Shown: positions 15,881 to 29,132 of the stretch, one piece after another | Layout: every line of letters starts with the position of its first letter | How positions within the stretch are numbered: position 1 is the first letter of the stretch | Assembly: GCF_009914755.1 (NCBI RefSeq) | Contig: NC_060937.1 | Origin: the human T2T-CHM13v2.0 reference genome, Homo sapiens | Strand: one strand, 5' to 3' | DNA: 64,000 bases | The notes under the pieces: model-generated | What the model saw: only the letters and a program-made list of their open reading frames with translations | The model's database searches: none | What the model was told of the DNA's origin: nothing | Translations under genes and position numbers: made by a program

Positions 15881-16850
15881 GGTGGCCATTGTTAAGCCTC
15901 CAGAACCTATACCTTTAAAATGGTTAACAGATAAGCCAATTTGGATAGAACAGTGGCCACTAAGTAAAGAGAAACTAGAGGCTTTAGAGGAATTAGTTAC
16001 TGAACAATTAGAAAATGGGCACATAGCTCCAACATTTTCCCCTTGGAATTCTCCAGTTTTCATAATTAAGAAAAAATCAGGTAAATGGAGAATGTTAACT
16101 GACTTAAGAGCCATCAATTCAGTTATACAACCTATGGGAGCATTACAGCCAGGATTGCCTTCTTCTGCTATAATTCCAAAAAATTGGCCTTTAATAGTCA
16201 TAGATTTAAAAGACTGTTTCTTTATTATCCCCTTAGCTGAGCAAGCCTATGAACAGTTTGCATTTACAATTCCTGCAGTAAACAAGCTGCAGCCTGCTAA
16301 GCATTTTCATTGTTTCACAGATGGGTCTAGTAACGGTAAAGCTTTTTATTCTGGTAAAAAAAAAGTAAAGTTTTCCAGACACCCTACACTTTAGCTCAAA
16401 AAGCAGAGATTGTAGCTGTAATTGAGGTATTGACTGCTTTTGATATGCCTATTAATGTGATTTCTGATTCTTTATACGTGGTCCATTCCACACAGTTAAT
16501 TAAAAATGCTCAGTTACTATTTCATACAGATAAACAACTGATGGCAAAAACAAAAAAGGGGGAGAAATAAGGATTATAGGACAGCCCATACATAATTGAA
16601 TCTGGCATTATTAACTTTAAATTTCTTGAGCCTGCCCAAAGGCCAGATGTTATCAGCAGCTGAACAGCATCTACAGAAAGCAGCTGCAAAGACAGAAGCA
16701 GAACAACTGGTTTGGTGGAGAGATCCGATAACAAAAAGTTGGGAAATAGGTAAAATAATAACTTGGGATATAGGTTATGCTTGTATTCCTCCAGGCCAAA
16801 ATCAACAGCCAATTTGGATACCATCAAGACACCTGAAACCTTATCATGAG
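15876..16850 (+). pseudogene. pol: HML-3 pol remnant: RT N-terminus fused to RNase H piece, then integrase C-terminus
   Basis: [31 protein letters not shown] and IDLKDCFF, then directly FTDGSSNG (RNase H); later LALLTLNFL and VWWRDP (IN). No YMDD motif and no IN DDE core. Confidence 0.9.
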
Positions 16851-17903
16851 CCAGATGCCAAGGAAGAGATTCCGGGAGGATCCCGAGGACCCACCAGTTG
16901 CAGCCATGTCGTGGCTGATGCTGAGAAGGACCCCAAATGTCATGAGCAACACCCGTCAAATACAGCCACCCACCTGGGGACAGATCAAGAAGCTGTTACA
17001 GATGGTGGAAGGAAACCTGAGGAAACCGGAACAACCAGTCACAGTGAGTAATTTAATGGTAGCTATGATAGCGGTGATCACCATTGCCATGAGTATTCCT
17101 TCAGCAAGGGCTGACACAGAGAACAATTATATTTATTGGGCATATTTATCAATCTTGGCTGGCAATAATGCCTGGATGTAATCACTCTATGACACAGTTA
17201 CACATGCTTTCTAATCTCAGTATTTACCGTAACAAATCTGCTCCTATAATTGAGGCATACCGCCCTCAAAAACCTATTTGTAAACAAAATAGAACCTGGC
17301 CAGAAATAATGAACGTACTTGTTTGGGAAGATTGCATTGCAGAACAGGCAGAGGGACTGCGCAATGATTCCTATGGAAACATTATTGATTGGTCCCCTGA
17401 GGGGATGTTTAGCTTAAATTGCACCTCTCAGTCTGTGTGCCATGGCCACACTATGTTCAGCTGATCTGAACAAAACCGTCAGATGGTAGAAATGATAAGA
17501 AGTATGGCAAAAGTTCCTATTATCTGGAACCATGGCGGTATAGTGACACCTCAACCTCAAATGATAATGGCCCGTTGTAGGAGCTAAACATAAGGATTTG
17601 TGGAAACTATTAATAGCTCTTAATAAAACCAAAATTTGGGAAAGAATAAAAAAGCATCTAGAAGGACACTTTACAAACTTGTTTTTGGATATTGCAAAAT
17701 TAAAAGAACAAATATTTAAAGCATCCCAGGCACACCTGACCTTAATGCCAGGAACTGGAGTGCTTGAAGGAGCTGCAGACAGATTGGTAGCTAGTAACCC
17801 ATTAAAATGGATAAAAACACTTGGAAGCTCTGTGATTTCTATGATGATTGTGCTTTTAATCTGTGTTGTTTGTCTTTGTATAGTCTGCAGATGCGGATCC
17901 TGA
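16846..17903 (+). pseudogene. env: HML-3 env remnant (signal peptide, partial SU, TM C-terminus)
   Basis: PPTWGQIKKL leader plus hydrophobic signal, YWAY; TM WERIKKHLEGH...NPLKWIK and hydrophobic anchor; frameshifts and stops. Confidence 0.85.
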
Positions 17904-17963
17904 CTCCCGTGAGAAGTAGCTCACCGTGACAAAGCTGCCTTTGCTTTTATCACTTTGCAAATC

Positions 17964-17977
17964 AAATAAGGGAGACA
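17964..17977 (+). promoter_or_regulatory. Polypurine tract
   Basis: aaataagggagaca immediately before the 3' LTR. Confidence 0.75.
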
Positions 17978-18491
17978 TGTTGGGAACAGGCCTCCCCAGA
18001 TGTGGCCATAAACTGGCCACAAAACTGGCCATAAACAAAATCTCTGCAGCACGGTGACATGTTCATGATGGCTATAACGCCCACGCTGGAAGTTTGTGGG
18101 TTTACAGGAATGAAGGCAAGGAACACCGGCCCACCCAGGGCAGAAAACCACTTAAAGGCGTTCTTAAACCACAAACAATAGCATGAGTGATCTGTGCCTT
18201 AAGGACATGCTCCTGCTGTAGATAACTAGCCCAACCTATTCCTTTATTTCGGCCCATCCCTTTCTTTCCCATAAGGGATACTTTTAGTTAATCTAATATC
18301 TATAGAAGCAATGCTAATGACTGGCTTGCTATTAATAAATACGTGGGTAAATCTCTGTTCGGGGCTCTCAGCTCTGAAGGCTGTGAGACCCCTCATTTCC
18401 CACTTCACACCTCTGTATTTCTGTGTGTGTGTGTCTTCAATTCCTCTAATGCCACTGGGTTATGGTCTCCCTGACCGAGCTGGTCTTGGCA
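17978..18491 (+). mobile_element. 3' LTR (MER9 family)
   Basis: Colinear with 13517-14028 (about 33 substitutions and 3 small indels by manual count). Confidence 0.92.
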
Positions 18492-18803
18492 GTCTTGCAT
18501 ATATTTTTTCAATCTGTCTTTCATCTTTTTTAACATAAAGCATCTTTTGCTTGTTAGAAAACTTTATATTAGTTTGTGATTCTATTTCCTAATTTTTCTC
18601 TTGGGCATTGATTTGATGCCTAGAAAAGACTACTAGCCTAAGATTATATGAAATTATTTACTTATATTTTGTTTTTAAAATATGGTACTCAGTTCTTTAA
18701 TCTCTTTGAAATACTTCTGTATGGTGAAAAATGAGGATATAATTTTATTTTCTTCTAAATAGATATTCTACATTACCAACATGTGTTATCAAAAAATTTT
18801 TAC

Positions 18804-19611
<808 letters not shown>

Positions 19612-21240
19612 TCCATCCCTTTCACTGCTCAGTCCCAGTTATTGCTGACGTTAAGTTTATGCCATCATGTCACAGTTTATTCAAAATTATAATGGTTAAT
19701 AATTTCTAGGTTAAAAACTTCTATAAGATGATAGTTAATGGAACAACCTATAACCCATGATTGAAGTTATTTCCAAGGTCATAATTATCAATACTTGTTT
19801 TATCTCTCCTCTACCACCCATACCCAATACTCTCATCTAGCATTTCTTCTGGCCCAGATGTCTTGTGTGGTGGTTGACTGACTTTCATCCAGAAAGGATC
19901 TGAGCCCATGTTAATGCTCTTGTTAGATGGTAATTACCCATTCCCAGTTAAAACTGAACATGACAACACCAAGAGACATCCCAATGGATCACCTGATGAT
20001 CTACTCTAGGTAGGAGTGATTCCTCTTTACTGATTTTAAGTGGCTTTGACCCTATCTCATCATGACGACAAAGGTCAATTACCCCTGTGTGACAGTGATT
20101 CAATTCTTTACCTGTTTGTACAATATTATGAGGAGGCCAGTATGAACTGGTGGCAGATAGTTTTAAGTTTAACTTAAGCCTGCCTGGGTTTCCTGGTGGA
20201 ATTATCCTTCTGAGAATGAGGACCTCTTGACAACAGAGAGTTGAAATGATACAAAACACAAACAGCCCCAAATGGATCAATGAGAGTGATGAGTTCACAG
20301 AGTCATTCCTACTTCCATTCCTTGAATTTTGGACCCACGTATTCTACCTCCTGAAGACACAGACTGTATTATATAAGTTATACTGTCTGTTACATATCAC
20401 ACTTGAAGGATACATATCACACTAAGTTACATATCACACTTGAAGGATAACATCTCAAGCCTACAGAGGCTCTTCTCCAAGACATCACCTTAGTTGTATC
20501 TTGAAGCATCTATTTCCATGCCCTGCCAGACTGGAAGCTTCTGGATGGTGTGATCTGTGGTAGTACCAAGGGATCCAAAGCTATATGCTCAGTGTCACAT
20601 ATCCTATTCAGCAAGTGAATTCTTTGGTCCCAAACAGCGTTATGAAGGAGTTCATGTCTGTAAATCAGACTCTCTCTGAACCACTGAGTAATGGTACTGG
20701 CAAAGGCATTTGGGATGGAAAGGAAAGGTAAACCTGTATTCAGAATATATTATGTCCGATAAGCATGAATCGCCTGTCTTCCCGGGGTTGAATCCATTCA
20801 AGTAAAATTGCCATGAAATGGCAGGTTCATTTCTTTAAGTCACAATACTTTATTGGGGACTCAGTTTGGGTCCCTATCTCTGACACATCAGAACTTTGGC
20901 AGCAGTAGTAGCTAGGTCAGCCTAGATGACAGAAAGCCCATGCTGTTAGCCCAAAACTTCCATCTCTGCAATTTGGCCACTCTGTCTGTGAGCCCATTGC
21001 ATAAGCCCTGGGGCAAGTGAGCACAGAGACTAGCTGACAACTCTAGACAAGTTCTGTCCTACTGGTTCTTCCATGTCTGCCCTGAAATATGGAATTTGTT
21101 GTGCACATCCATGTCAAATACAATGATTGCCATGCTTTCTACCTACTCCCATAGCTCTAACTGCATGTCTTTTCCACAAAGGCCCCTGGTCCTGATTTTC
21201 CAAGCATCTTCCTTTCAGGACTCTTGCCTGAATTGCCTGA
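19612..21240 (-). mobile_element. ERV-L internal remnant (integrase and dUTPase region)
   Basis: Minus ORF 19948-20298 has QEVLI..IIPPG..LNLKL...GVID...EIG...KEE (ERV-L dUTPase-like). At ~20490-20550 the minus strand reads HHPEASSL..GN...K.QL, resembling the ERV-L integrase motif HHPEAAGLIERWNGLLK. Confidence 0.7.
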
Positions 21241-21249
21241 ATTTTAATT

Positions 21250-21674
21250 TTTCAGACTGTCTTCTCTTACTTACCAATTTACATGTAAGGTGTCTCTATC
21301 TTTTTTTTCATGTCTCAATAGTTCATTTCTTTTTATCACTGAATAATATTCCATTGTATGTATATACCAGTTTGTTTTTCCATTCACCAATAGAAGGACA
21401 TCTTGGTTACTTCCATATTTGAAGATTATTAATAAAGCCTCTGTAAACATTCTCATGTAAGTTTTAGTGTGGACATAGTTTTCAGATCAGTTGAGTAAAC
21501 GCCTAGGAGTGTGACTGCTGGATTATGAGACTATGTGTAGCTTTGTAAGAACTGCCAGAACATCTTCCAAAGTGGCTGTACCATTTTTCATTCCCACCAG
21601 CCTGAACAAGAATTCCTTTTGTTCCATATCCTCAACAGGATTTGATGTCATCAGTATTCCAGATTTTGGCCATT
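21250..21674 (-). mobile_element. L1 3' region (L1MC-type)
   Basis: tcatttctttttatcactgaataatattccattgtatg...ttccaaagtggctgtaccatttt, reverse L1M 3' sequence. Confidence 0.8.
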
Positions 21675-24600
21675 TTTTTCCAACTTTTATTTTATATTCA
21701 GGGGGTACATGTGCAGGCTTGTTACACAGGTAAATTGTGTATTGGTATACAGATTATTTCATCACCCAGGTAATAAGCATAGTACTTGGTAGGTAGTTTT
21801 TTGATCCTCATTCTCCCCCCACTCTCTACCCTCAAGTAAGCCCCAGTGTCCATTGTTCCCTTCTTCGTGCCCAAGTGTACTCAACATTTAGCTCCCACTT
21901 GTAAGTGATAACATGTGGCATTTGTTCTCTGTTCCTGCATTGATTCACTTAATTAGCTCCATCCATGTTGCTGCAAAGGACATGATCTCTTTCTTTTTTA
22001 TAGCTGTGAAATATTCTATGGTGAATATGTACCACATTTTTTCCAGTCCACCATTGATGGGCATTTAGGTTAATTCCATATGTTTGCTATTGTGAATAGT
22101 GCTGCAGTGAACATACATGTGCATGTGTCTTTATGGTAGAACAATTTATATTCCTTTGGGCATATACCGAGTAATGGTATTTCTGGGTTGAATGACAGTT
22201 TGTCTTAAATTCTTTTAGGAATCTCCATGCTGTTTTCCACAGTGGTTGAACTAATTTACATACTCACCCGTGGTATATAAGCATTCCCTTTTCTCTGTAA
22301 CCTCACCAACGTCTGTTGTTTTTTGGCTTTTTAATAATAGCCATTCTGACAGGTGTGAGATGGTATCTTATTGTGGTTTTGATTTTTATTGCTTTACTGA
22401 TTAATAATGTTGAGCATTTCTTCACATGCTTGTTGGCTGTGTGCATGTCTTCTTTTGAGAAGTGTCTGTTCATGTCCTTTGCCTATTTTTTAAAGTGGTT
22501 GGTTTTTGTTTGCTACTTTGTTTAAGTTCCTTCTAGATTCTGGATACTAGGCCTTCATTGGATGCCTATTTTGTATCTATTCCCATTCTGTAGGTTGTCG
22601 TTTGCTCTGTTGATAGTTTCTTTTGCTGTGAAAAAGCTTGTTCATTTAATTAAGTCCCATTTGTCAATTTTTGGTTTTGTCATAATTGCTTCTGGTGTCT
22701 TCATCATTGTATTAGTCCATTTTCATATTGCGATAAAGAACTACCTGAGACTGGGTAATTTATAAAGAAAAGAGATTAATTGGCTCACGGTTCCAAAGGC
22801 TCTACAGGAAGCATGGCTGGGGAGGCATCAGGAAACTTACAATCATGGCAGAAGCAAAGGGGAAGCAAGCACATTTTCACATGGGGGCAGGAGAGACAGA
22901 AAAGGAGGAGGTGCTACACACTTTTAAACAGCCATATCTCATGAGAACTTGCTCATTATCACAAGAATAGCAAGGGGGAAATCTGCCCCCAAGATCCAAT
23001 CACCTCTCACTAGGCCCCTCCCCCAACACTGAGGATTACAATTCAACATGAGATTTGGGTGGGGACACAGAGCTAAACCATATCAATCATGAAATTATTG
23101 CCAGGTATTGGTATTTCCTAGGCTTTCTTCTAGGGTTTTTATAGTTTTAGGTTTTATATTTAAGTCTTTAATCCATCTTAAATTGATTTTTTGCATCTGG
23201 TGAAATGACAGGGTCCAGTTTTAATCTTCTGCGTATGGTTAGCCAGTTATCCCAACACCATTTATTGAAGAGGAAGTCCTTTCCCCATTGCCTCTTTTTA
23301 TCAACTTTGTTGATAATCAGATGGTTATAAGTGTTCTTTAGCATGTTCCATTGGTCTATGTGTCAGTTTTTGTGCCAGTACCATGCTGTTTGGATTACTG
23401 TAGACTTGTAGTATAGTTTAAATTTTGGTAGTGTGATGTCTCTGGCTTTGTTCTTTTTGCTTAGGACTGCTTTGGCTATTCAGGGTCCTTTTTGGTTCCA
23501 TATAAATTTTAAAATACCTTTTTTCTAATTCTGTAAAAAATGTCATTGGTAATTTGATAGTAGTAACATTGAATCTGTAAACTGCTTTGTGCGATATAGA
23601 AATTTTCAGAACATTAATTCTTCCTATCCACAAACATAGAATGTTTTTCCATTTGTTTGTGTCATTTCTGATTGCTTTCAGCAGTGTTTTGTAATTCTCG
23701 TTGTACAGATCTTTCACCTCCCTGATTAGCTGTATTCCTAGATATTTTGATGCTATTGTGCCTATTGTGAATGGGATTGTGCTGTTGATTTGGTTCTCAA
23801 GTTGGACATTGTTGTATATAAATGCTACTGATTTCCGTACATTGATTTTGAATACTGAAACTTTGCTGAAGTTATGTATAAGATCTGGGAGCTTTTGGGC
23901 AGAGACTATGAGGTTTTCTAGGTATAAAATCATATTGTCTGCGAAAAGAGGTAGTTTGACTTCCTCTCTTCCTATTTGTGTGCCTTTCATTTTTTCTCTT
24001 TCTTGATTGCTCTGGCTGGTGCCTCCATTTCTATGATGAATAGGAATGGTGAGAGTGGTCCTCTTGTCTTGTTCCAGTTCTTAAGGAGAATGCTTCTAGC
24101 TTTTGCCCATTCAGTATTATGTTGGCTGTGGGTTTGTCAGAGATGGCTGTTACTATTTTGAGGTATGTTTTTTCAACGCCTAGTTTGTTGAGGTTTTTAA
24201 CATGAAGTGATGTTGAATTTTATCAAAAGTCTTTTCTGCATCTATTGAGAAGACCACGTGATTTTTGTGTTTTGTTCTGTTTATGTGATTAATAACATTT
24301 GTTGATTTGCATATGTGGAACCAACTTTGCATCCCAGGAATAAAGCCTACTTGATCATGGTGGGTTGGCTTTTTGATGAGCTGCTGGATCCAGGTTGCTA
24401 GTTTTTCGTTGAGGATTTTTGCATCTATGTTGATCAGGGATATTGGTCTGTAGTTTTCTTTTTTTGTTGTGTCTCTGCCAGGTTTTGGGATGCTGGCCTC
24501 ATAGAATGCATTAGGGAGGAGTCCTTCCTCCTCTGTGTTTTTGAATAGATTCAGTAGCATTGGTACCAGCTCTTTATAAGTCTGGTAGAATTCACCTGTG

Positions 24601-25094
24601 AATACATTTGACTCAAGGTTTTTTTTCTGAGTGATAGGGTTTTTTGTTTGTTTGTTCTGATTCAATTTTAGAACTGATTATTGGTCTGTTAAGGATTTAA
24701 TCTCTTCCTGATTCAATTTTGGAGAATGTCGTGATTCCAGGAATTTATCAATTTATTCCAGGTTTTCTAGCTTCTCTGCATAGAAGTGTTCATAATAGTC
24801 TCTAAGGATTTTTTGTATTTTTGTCGGGCCAGTGGTAATGTCCCTTTTGTCACTTCTTATTTGTTTATTTGGGCCTTCACTCTTTTTTCTTTAGTAGTCT
24901 AGCTAATGGTTTATCAATCTTATTTATTCTTTCAAAAAAACAAACTTTTGATTTTGTTGATCTTTTGTATTGTTTTTAGCATTTCAATTACATTCAGTTC
25001 AGCTGTTATTTTGGTTATTTCCTTTCTTCTACTGGTTGTGGGGTTGGTTTATCTCTTGTTTTTCTAGTTCCTCTAGGTCTGATGTTAGGTTGGT
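21675..25094 (-). mobile_element. L1 (old L1PA-type) 3'UTR plus ORF2, interrupted by MSTA and cut by MER11
   Basis: L1PA-like 3' end; ORF2 fragments [17 protein letters not shown] and [12 protein letters not shown]. Confidence 0.92.
22708..23085 (-). mobile_element. MaLR solo LTR (MSTA)
   Basis: tgtattagtccatttt...aaaccatatca; 5-bp TSD ATCAT (22703-22707, 23086-23090). Confidence 0.92.
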
Positions 25095-25511
25095 TGTTGC
25101 GGGAAGTCAGGGACCCCGAATGGAGGGACCAGCTGAAGCCATGGCAGAGGAACATAAATTGTGAGGATTTCATGGACATATATTAGTTCCCCAAATTAAT
25201 ACTTTTATAATTTCTTATGCCTGTCTTTACTGCAATCTCTGAACATAAATTGTGAGGATTTCATGGACACTCATCACTTCCCCAGTCAATACCTTTGTGA
25301 TTTCCTATGCCTGTCTTTACTTTAATCTCTTAATCCTGTCATCTTTGTAAGCTGAGGAGGATGTCTCAAGACCCTGTGATGGTTGCGTCAACTGCACAAA
25401 TTGTTTGTAGAGCACATGTGTTTGAGCAATATGAAATCTAGGCACCTTGAAAAAAGAACAGGATAACAGCAATGTTCAGGGAACAAGAGAGATAACCTTA
25501 AACTCTGACTG
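25095..25511 (+). mobile_element. MER11 LTR (HERV-K11/HML-8), 3'-truncated
   Basis: tgttgcgggaagtcagggaccccgaatggagggacc start with the internal gaacataaattgtga repeat; only ~415 bp present. Confidence 0.88.
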
Positions 25512-25897
25512 TTACACTATTACACACAGTATAATTACACACATTGTATCACACACTGTGTAATTCCACACACTGTGAATTGCACACAGTATCACACACA
25601 CGGTGTAATTGTACACACTCCATTACAAACTGTGATTACACAAAATCACACAGTATAATTGCACATGCCATATCACACTGTGTAATTGCACACGCTGCAT
25701 CACACACGGTGTGATTACACACTGTATCACACACTCTAATTGCACACACACATCACACAGTGTAATTACACCCTGTATCACACACACTGTAACTGCACAC
25801 ACTGTATCACACAGTGTGATTGCACACACACTGTATCACACTTGCACACACTGTATAACACACATGGTGTAATTGCACACACTTATCACACACAGTG
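25512..25897. repeat. Degenerate CA-rich minisatellite
   Basis: Recurrent ctgtatcacacac and gtgtaattgcacac modules, ~25-30 bp period. Confidence 0.85.
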
Positions 25898-25899
25898 TG

Positions 25900-26322
25900 A
25901 GCTGTGGGGATTGTTTGGCTGCTCCTTTCTGATGGCTCTTTCCAGACTCTCAGTAGTTTCCACCCACCCATGCTCATTCAGTGCTAAACCAAAGACCAGA
26001 GGAGATCCCTCTACAAATCTCCAGACCTCTTTCCCTTTCCAGCATTTTGTCCTGCAAATTCTGGCCACTGTGGCTCCCCTTGTTCTGAACTCAGTTTCCC
26101 CAAGTCAGTGAGCTCACTGGGCTCTCTTTGGATCCCTCCTGTGCTGCAGACCAGAAACTCTCCAGGAAGCACACGGCACTTCTAAGCCTTGCCGCGTTTA
26201 TTTGCCATCTCTTAGCAATGTTGGCCAACATCTGAAATCTACTGTTTTATGCATTTTGCCCAGTTTTCCACTTGTTCAAGGTAGAAGTTGAAATCTGGTC
26301 TCTGTTATTTCATTGTAGCTGG
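25900..26322 (-). mobile_element. Old L1 (L1M) 5' end fragment
   Basis: ccctctacaaatctccag...cctgcaaattctggccac...tctggtctctgttatttcattgtagctgg resembles reverse L1M 5' termini. Confidence 0.55.
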
Positions 26323-27873
26323 TGAGTTTTTTTTCCCAAATTGGCGAGATGTAGGTGTACACAAGTACAGTCCATATGTATTTAGATAATGGGCAAAATT
26401 AAGCTATTAGAGTGACAAGTGCTTTTATACACTATTTAGGGTATGTGTATTGGTATGGTTCCTGAAACAGCATATATCCTGGAGAGACATATAAAGAGTT
26501 ACATTTCTATCCAGCCAGTAAGGATGATTCCCGTTGTTTATAATACAGTGGGGAAGGACAACTTCATGTCCAAACAGAACTTGTGTTTAACATTTTTTGA
26601 TATTTGTTTATAAATTTTGATATTAAAATTAAATAATCCATTGAAAATAATGTGTTAAAACTATGTAATGAGAAGGACTTATGTTTATAATAAATTATTA
26701 AATGAAAACATAAACTTCCAAGATACCCTCTCTTTTCCTCTATCTTTCTGCATTTGGGAAATGCGGTCTTAGTGACTTAGGTGAACTGCAGCATTAATTT
26801 ACAAATTTGAAAAAAAGATTTAATAATTCATGAAGGTTATCTGAAAGGGTAATATATAATAAACAACAGATACGCCTCTGAAAGAGCATATGTTGCCACT
26901 GGACACACCTCTAAAGAATACATTTTATTGCATTAATCACATTTATGGTGCCTTTATTATTTCATTATATAAATATATAATCTCATCAAGGTTCATTTTA
27001 TATTTAAGAACAATCCAATTTTTATTAATAAATTGAATACCAATAGGAAAATAATAGCATGGGAAAATCTAATCAATGGATAATTGAGGCCTAAAGCAAA
27101 ATTAGATTATTTTGCAAGATTTAATCCCAAAGGAAATTAGATTCTGTATCTTGCTTTTATAATTCTCATTTTAAGAAATTAAAAATTTTGTATTAAAATA
27201 TTAGAAGATAAATCCTGTGATCATTTTGGGTATCTTATTATACCCATTAAAAATTTTACTTAAAAATGTATAACCCCTCATATGCTAATTTGTAATGTTT
27301 ACGCTTGTAAGTATTTGAGTCTATTAACGAATTTTATATGGCTCTATTAATCATTAGAAAAGATATACTCACCAAGCCCTAAAAGTAAGTCCCAAAGATT
27401 AAAAAAATCTAGAGAACTATAAAAGATATTGGTTTTTGGTTCCAAAGAAAGTCAAGCAATAGAATTACAATTCATTCAAAAAACTATTTTCATTTTTTCT
27501 CTGTAGTTCCAAGGCTTTGTGACAATTCTAAGAGGTATCAGACACTATCCTATTTCAAGTATTCAGTAGATAAGGGAGTTGGTTTAGAATCAAGCAGACT
27601 TTGTTTTGAACTTAAATTCATTTTTTGCCTTATTGACTTTTGACTTTTCAGTTTATTTTCCTGGATTTCCATTTTCTCATCTATAAAATGGTGATTCTGG
27701 CATATCTCATTGTCTAGTACATAATAAGGGCTCAGTAAAGCTACTAACTTACTGAAAGGAAAATATATTTCTAATGTCAGTGCCATGGTGACAACAGCAT
27801 CATAGTAAATAAAAAGAACTAAAAGCTCAGGTGGTTGTAGAGCTTGTGTAAATGTGAGGTCCATGTTCATCAT

Positions 27874-27892
27874 CACTGCCATCTAGTGGCAG
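27874..27892 (-). promoter_or_regulatory. Candidate CTCF binding site
   Basis: Minus strand reads TGCCACTAGATGGCAGTG, matching the CCASYAGRKGGCRS consensus. Occupancy unknown. Confidence 0.65.
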
Positions 27893-27914
27893 TGTGACAA
27901 ACCGCACTGTATAC

Positions 27915-28126
27915 TCTCTTCCTCTTATAAAGCCACCAGTCCCACTCCTGTGACAACCCACTAATCCATTAACCCATTAACCCATAAATCCATGAATGGA
28001 TTAATCCCCTTCTGAGGGCTCTGCCCTCACGACCCAATCACCTTTCAAACGCCCTACCTTTCACTTCTGCCACGTGGGGGAATAAATTTCCAGATGAGTT
28101 TTGGAGGCAACAGATAAACCATAGCA
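27915..28126 (-). mobile_element. MaLR LTR fragment (MSTC/MSTD-like)
   Basis: ttcctcttataaagccaccagtccc...taatccattaacccatt...aaaccatagca. Confidence 0.75.
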
Positions 28127-28813
28127 GTTTGGTGATAGAGAATTTTAATATCATAGAATTTTATGATAAAATAAGACAATTAATGATAGTATGCTTAACA
28201 AAGGTAAAAATTACTCTCCAAATGTGATCATCATAGCAAGCCGAGGTTTTGCTGACAAAGTAAGTTTCATCTCCTGAGTAATTTCATAAATCAATGGAAA
28301 TTATCTTTTTTTCTGTATCTAGTAGACATACTGACTATTCCTTTGAAGCCAAATAGTGCTAGGACTTTTTCCTGTGAAGTGGTATGAGAAGTAAATCCTT
28401 TCTGTGTAACACTGGCTATGAAAATTATACTATAGTTTTTAGTTTATCCAATGAAAGAAATTCTCTTTAAGAGATCATTTTTACAAATTTTAATAGCATA
28501 TTGGTAGTACATTCCTTTAAACAGGTCAAAATTTAGTTCTTTATTAAGCTGATAATAATAGTTGTATAGCAATCTTTCCCATAGTTTATTAATTTATGAT
28601 CTCGCTGAACATATTTGTTTTAAACACATTATGTTTTGGGGATGTGTTTAGACATACAAAAGGGATTCTTTTTACTTTGTTGATTTTCCCTATTCTAATT
28701 TTTTCATAGTCTTCCATTAAGGGCTCCTCTTTGAATGATTATTTTAAAATTTACCTTCCTCTTACATTGTTTTCCAAATCAATCTTTTTCCCTTTCTAAA
28801 ATAGTACTTTTGG

Positions 28814-29132
<319 letters not shown>

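Larger units (their letters stand above)
13517..18491 (+). mobile_element. HERV-K(HML-3)/HERVK9 provirus, internally deleted, two LTRs
   Basis: Direct-repeat LTRs with TG...CA ends; 6-bp TSD GTCTTG (13511-13516, 18492-18497); Lys-type PBS; PPT; betaretroviral gag/dut-pro/pol/env remnants in order. Confidence 0.95.

Noticed and set aside
15876-16394. 172-aa pol ORF as a functional reverse transcriptase
   Set aside because: Lacks the YMDD catalytic region; it is a deletion fusion ending in a frameshift.
23418-24665. 190-aa and 161-aa ORFs as cellular CDS
   Set aside because: Frameshifted L1 ORF2 fragments (FADN in place of FADD).
25146-25330. ~90 bp direct repeat
   Set aside because: Intrinsic internal repeat of MER11 LTRs.
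25512-25897. CRISPR-like array, or Cys/His-rich ORFs
   Set aside because: No constant repeat with unique spacers, no cas genes, eukaryotic context; the ORFs are low-complexity read-through.
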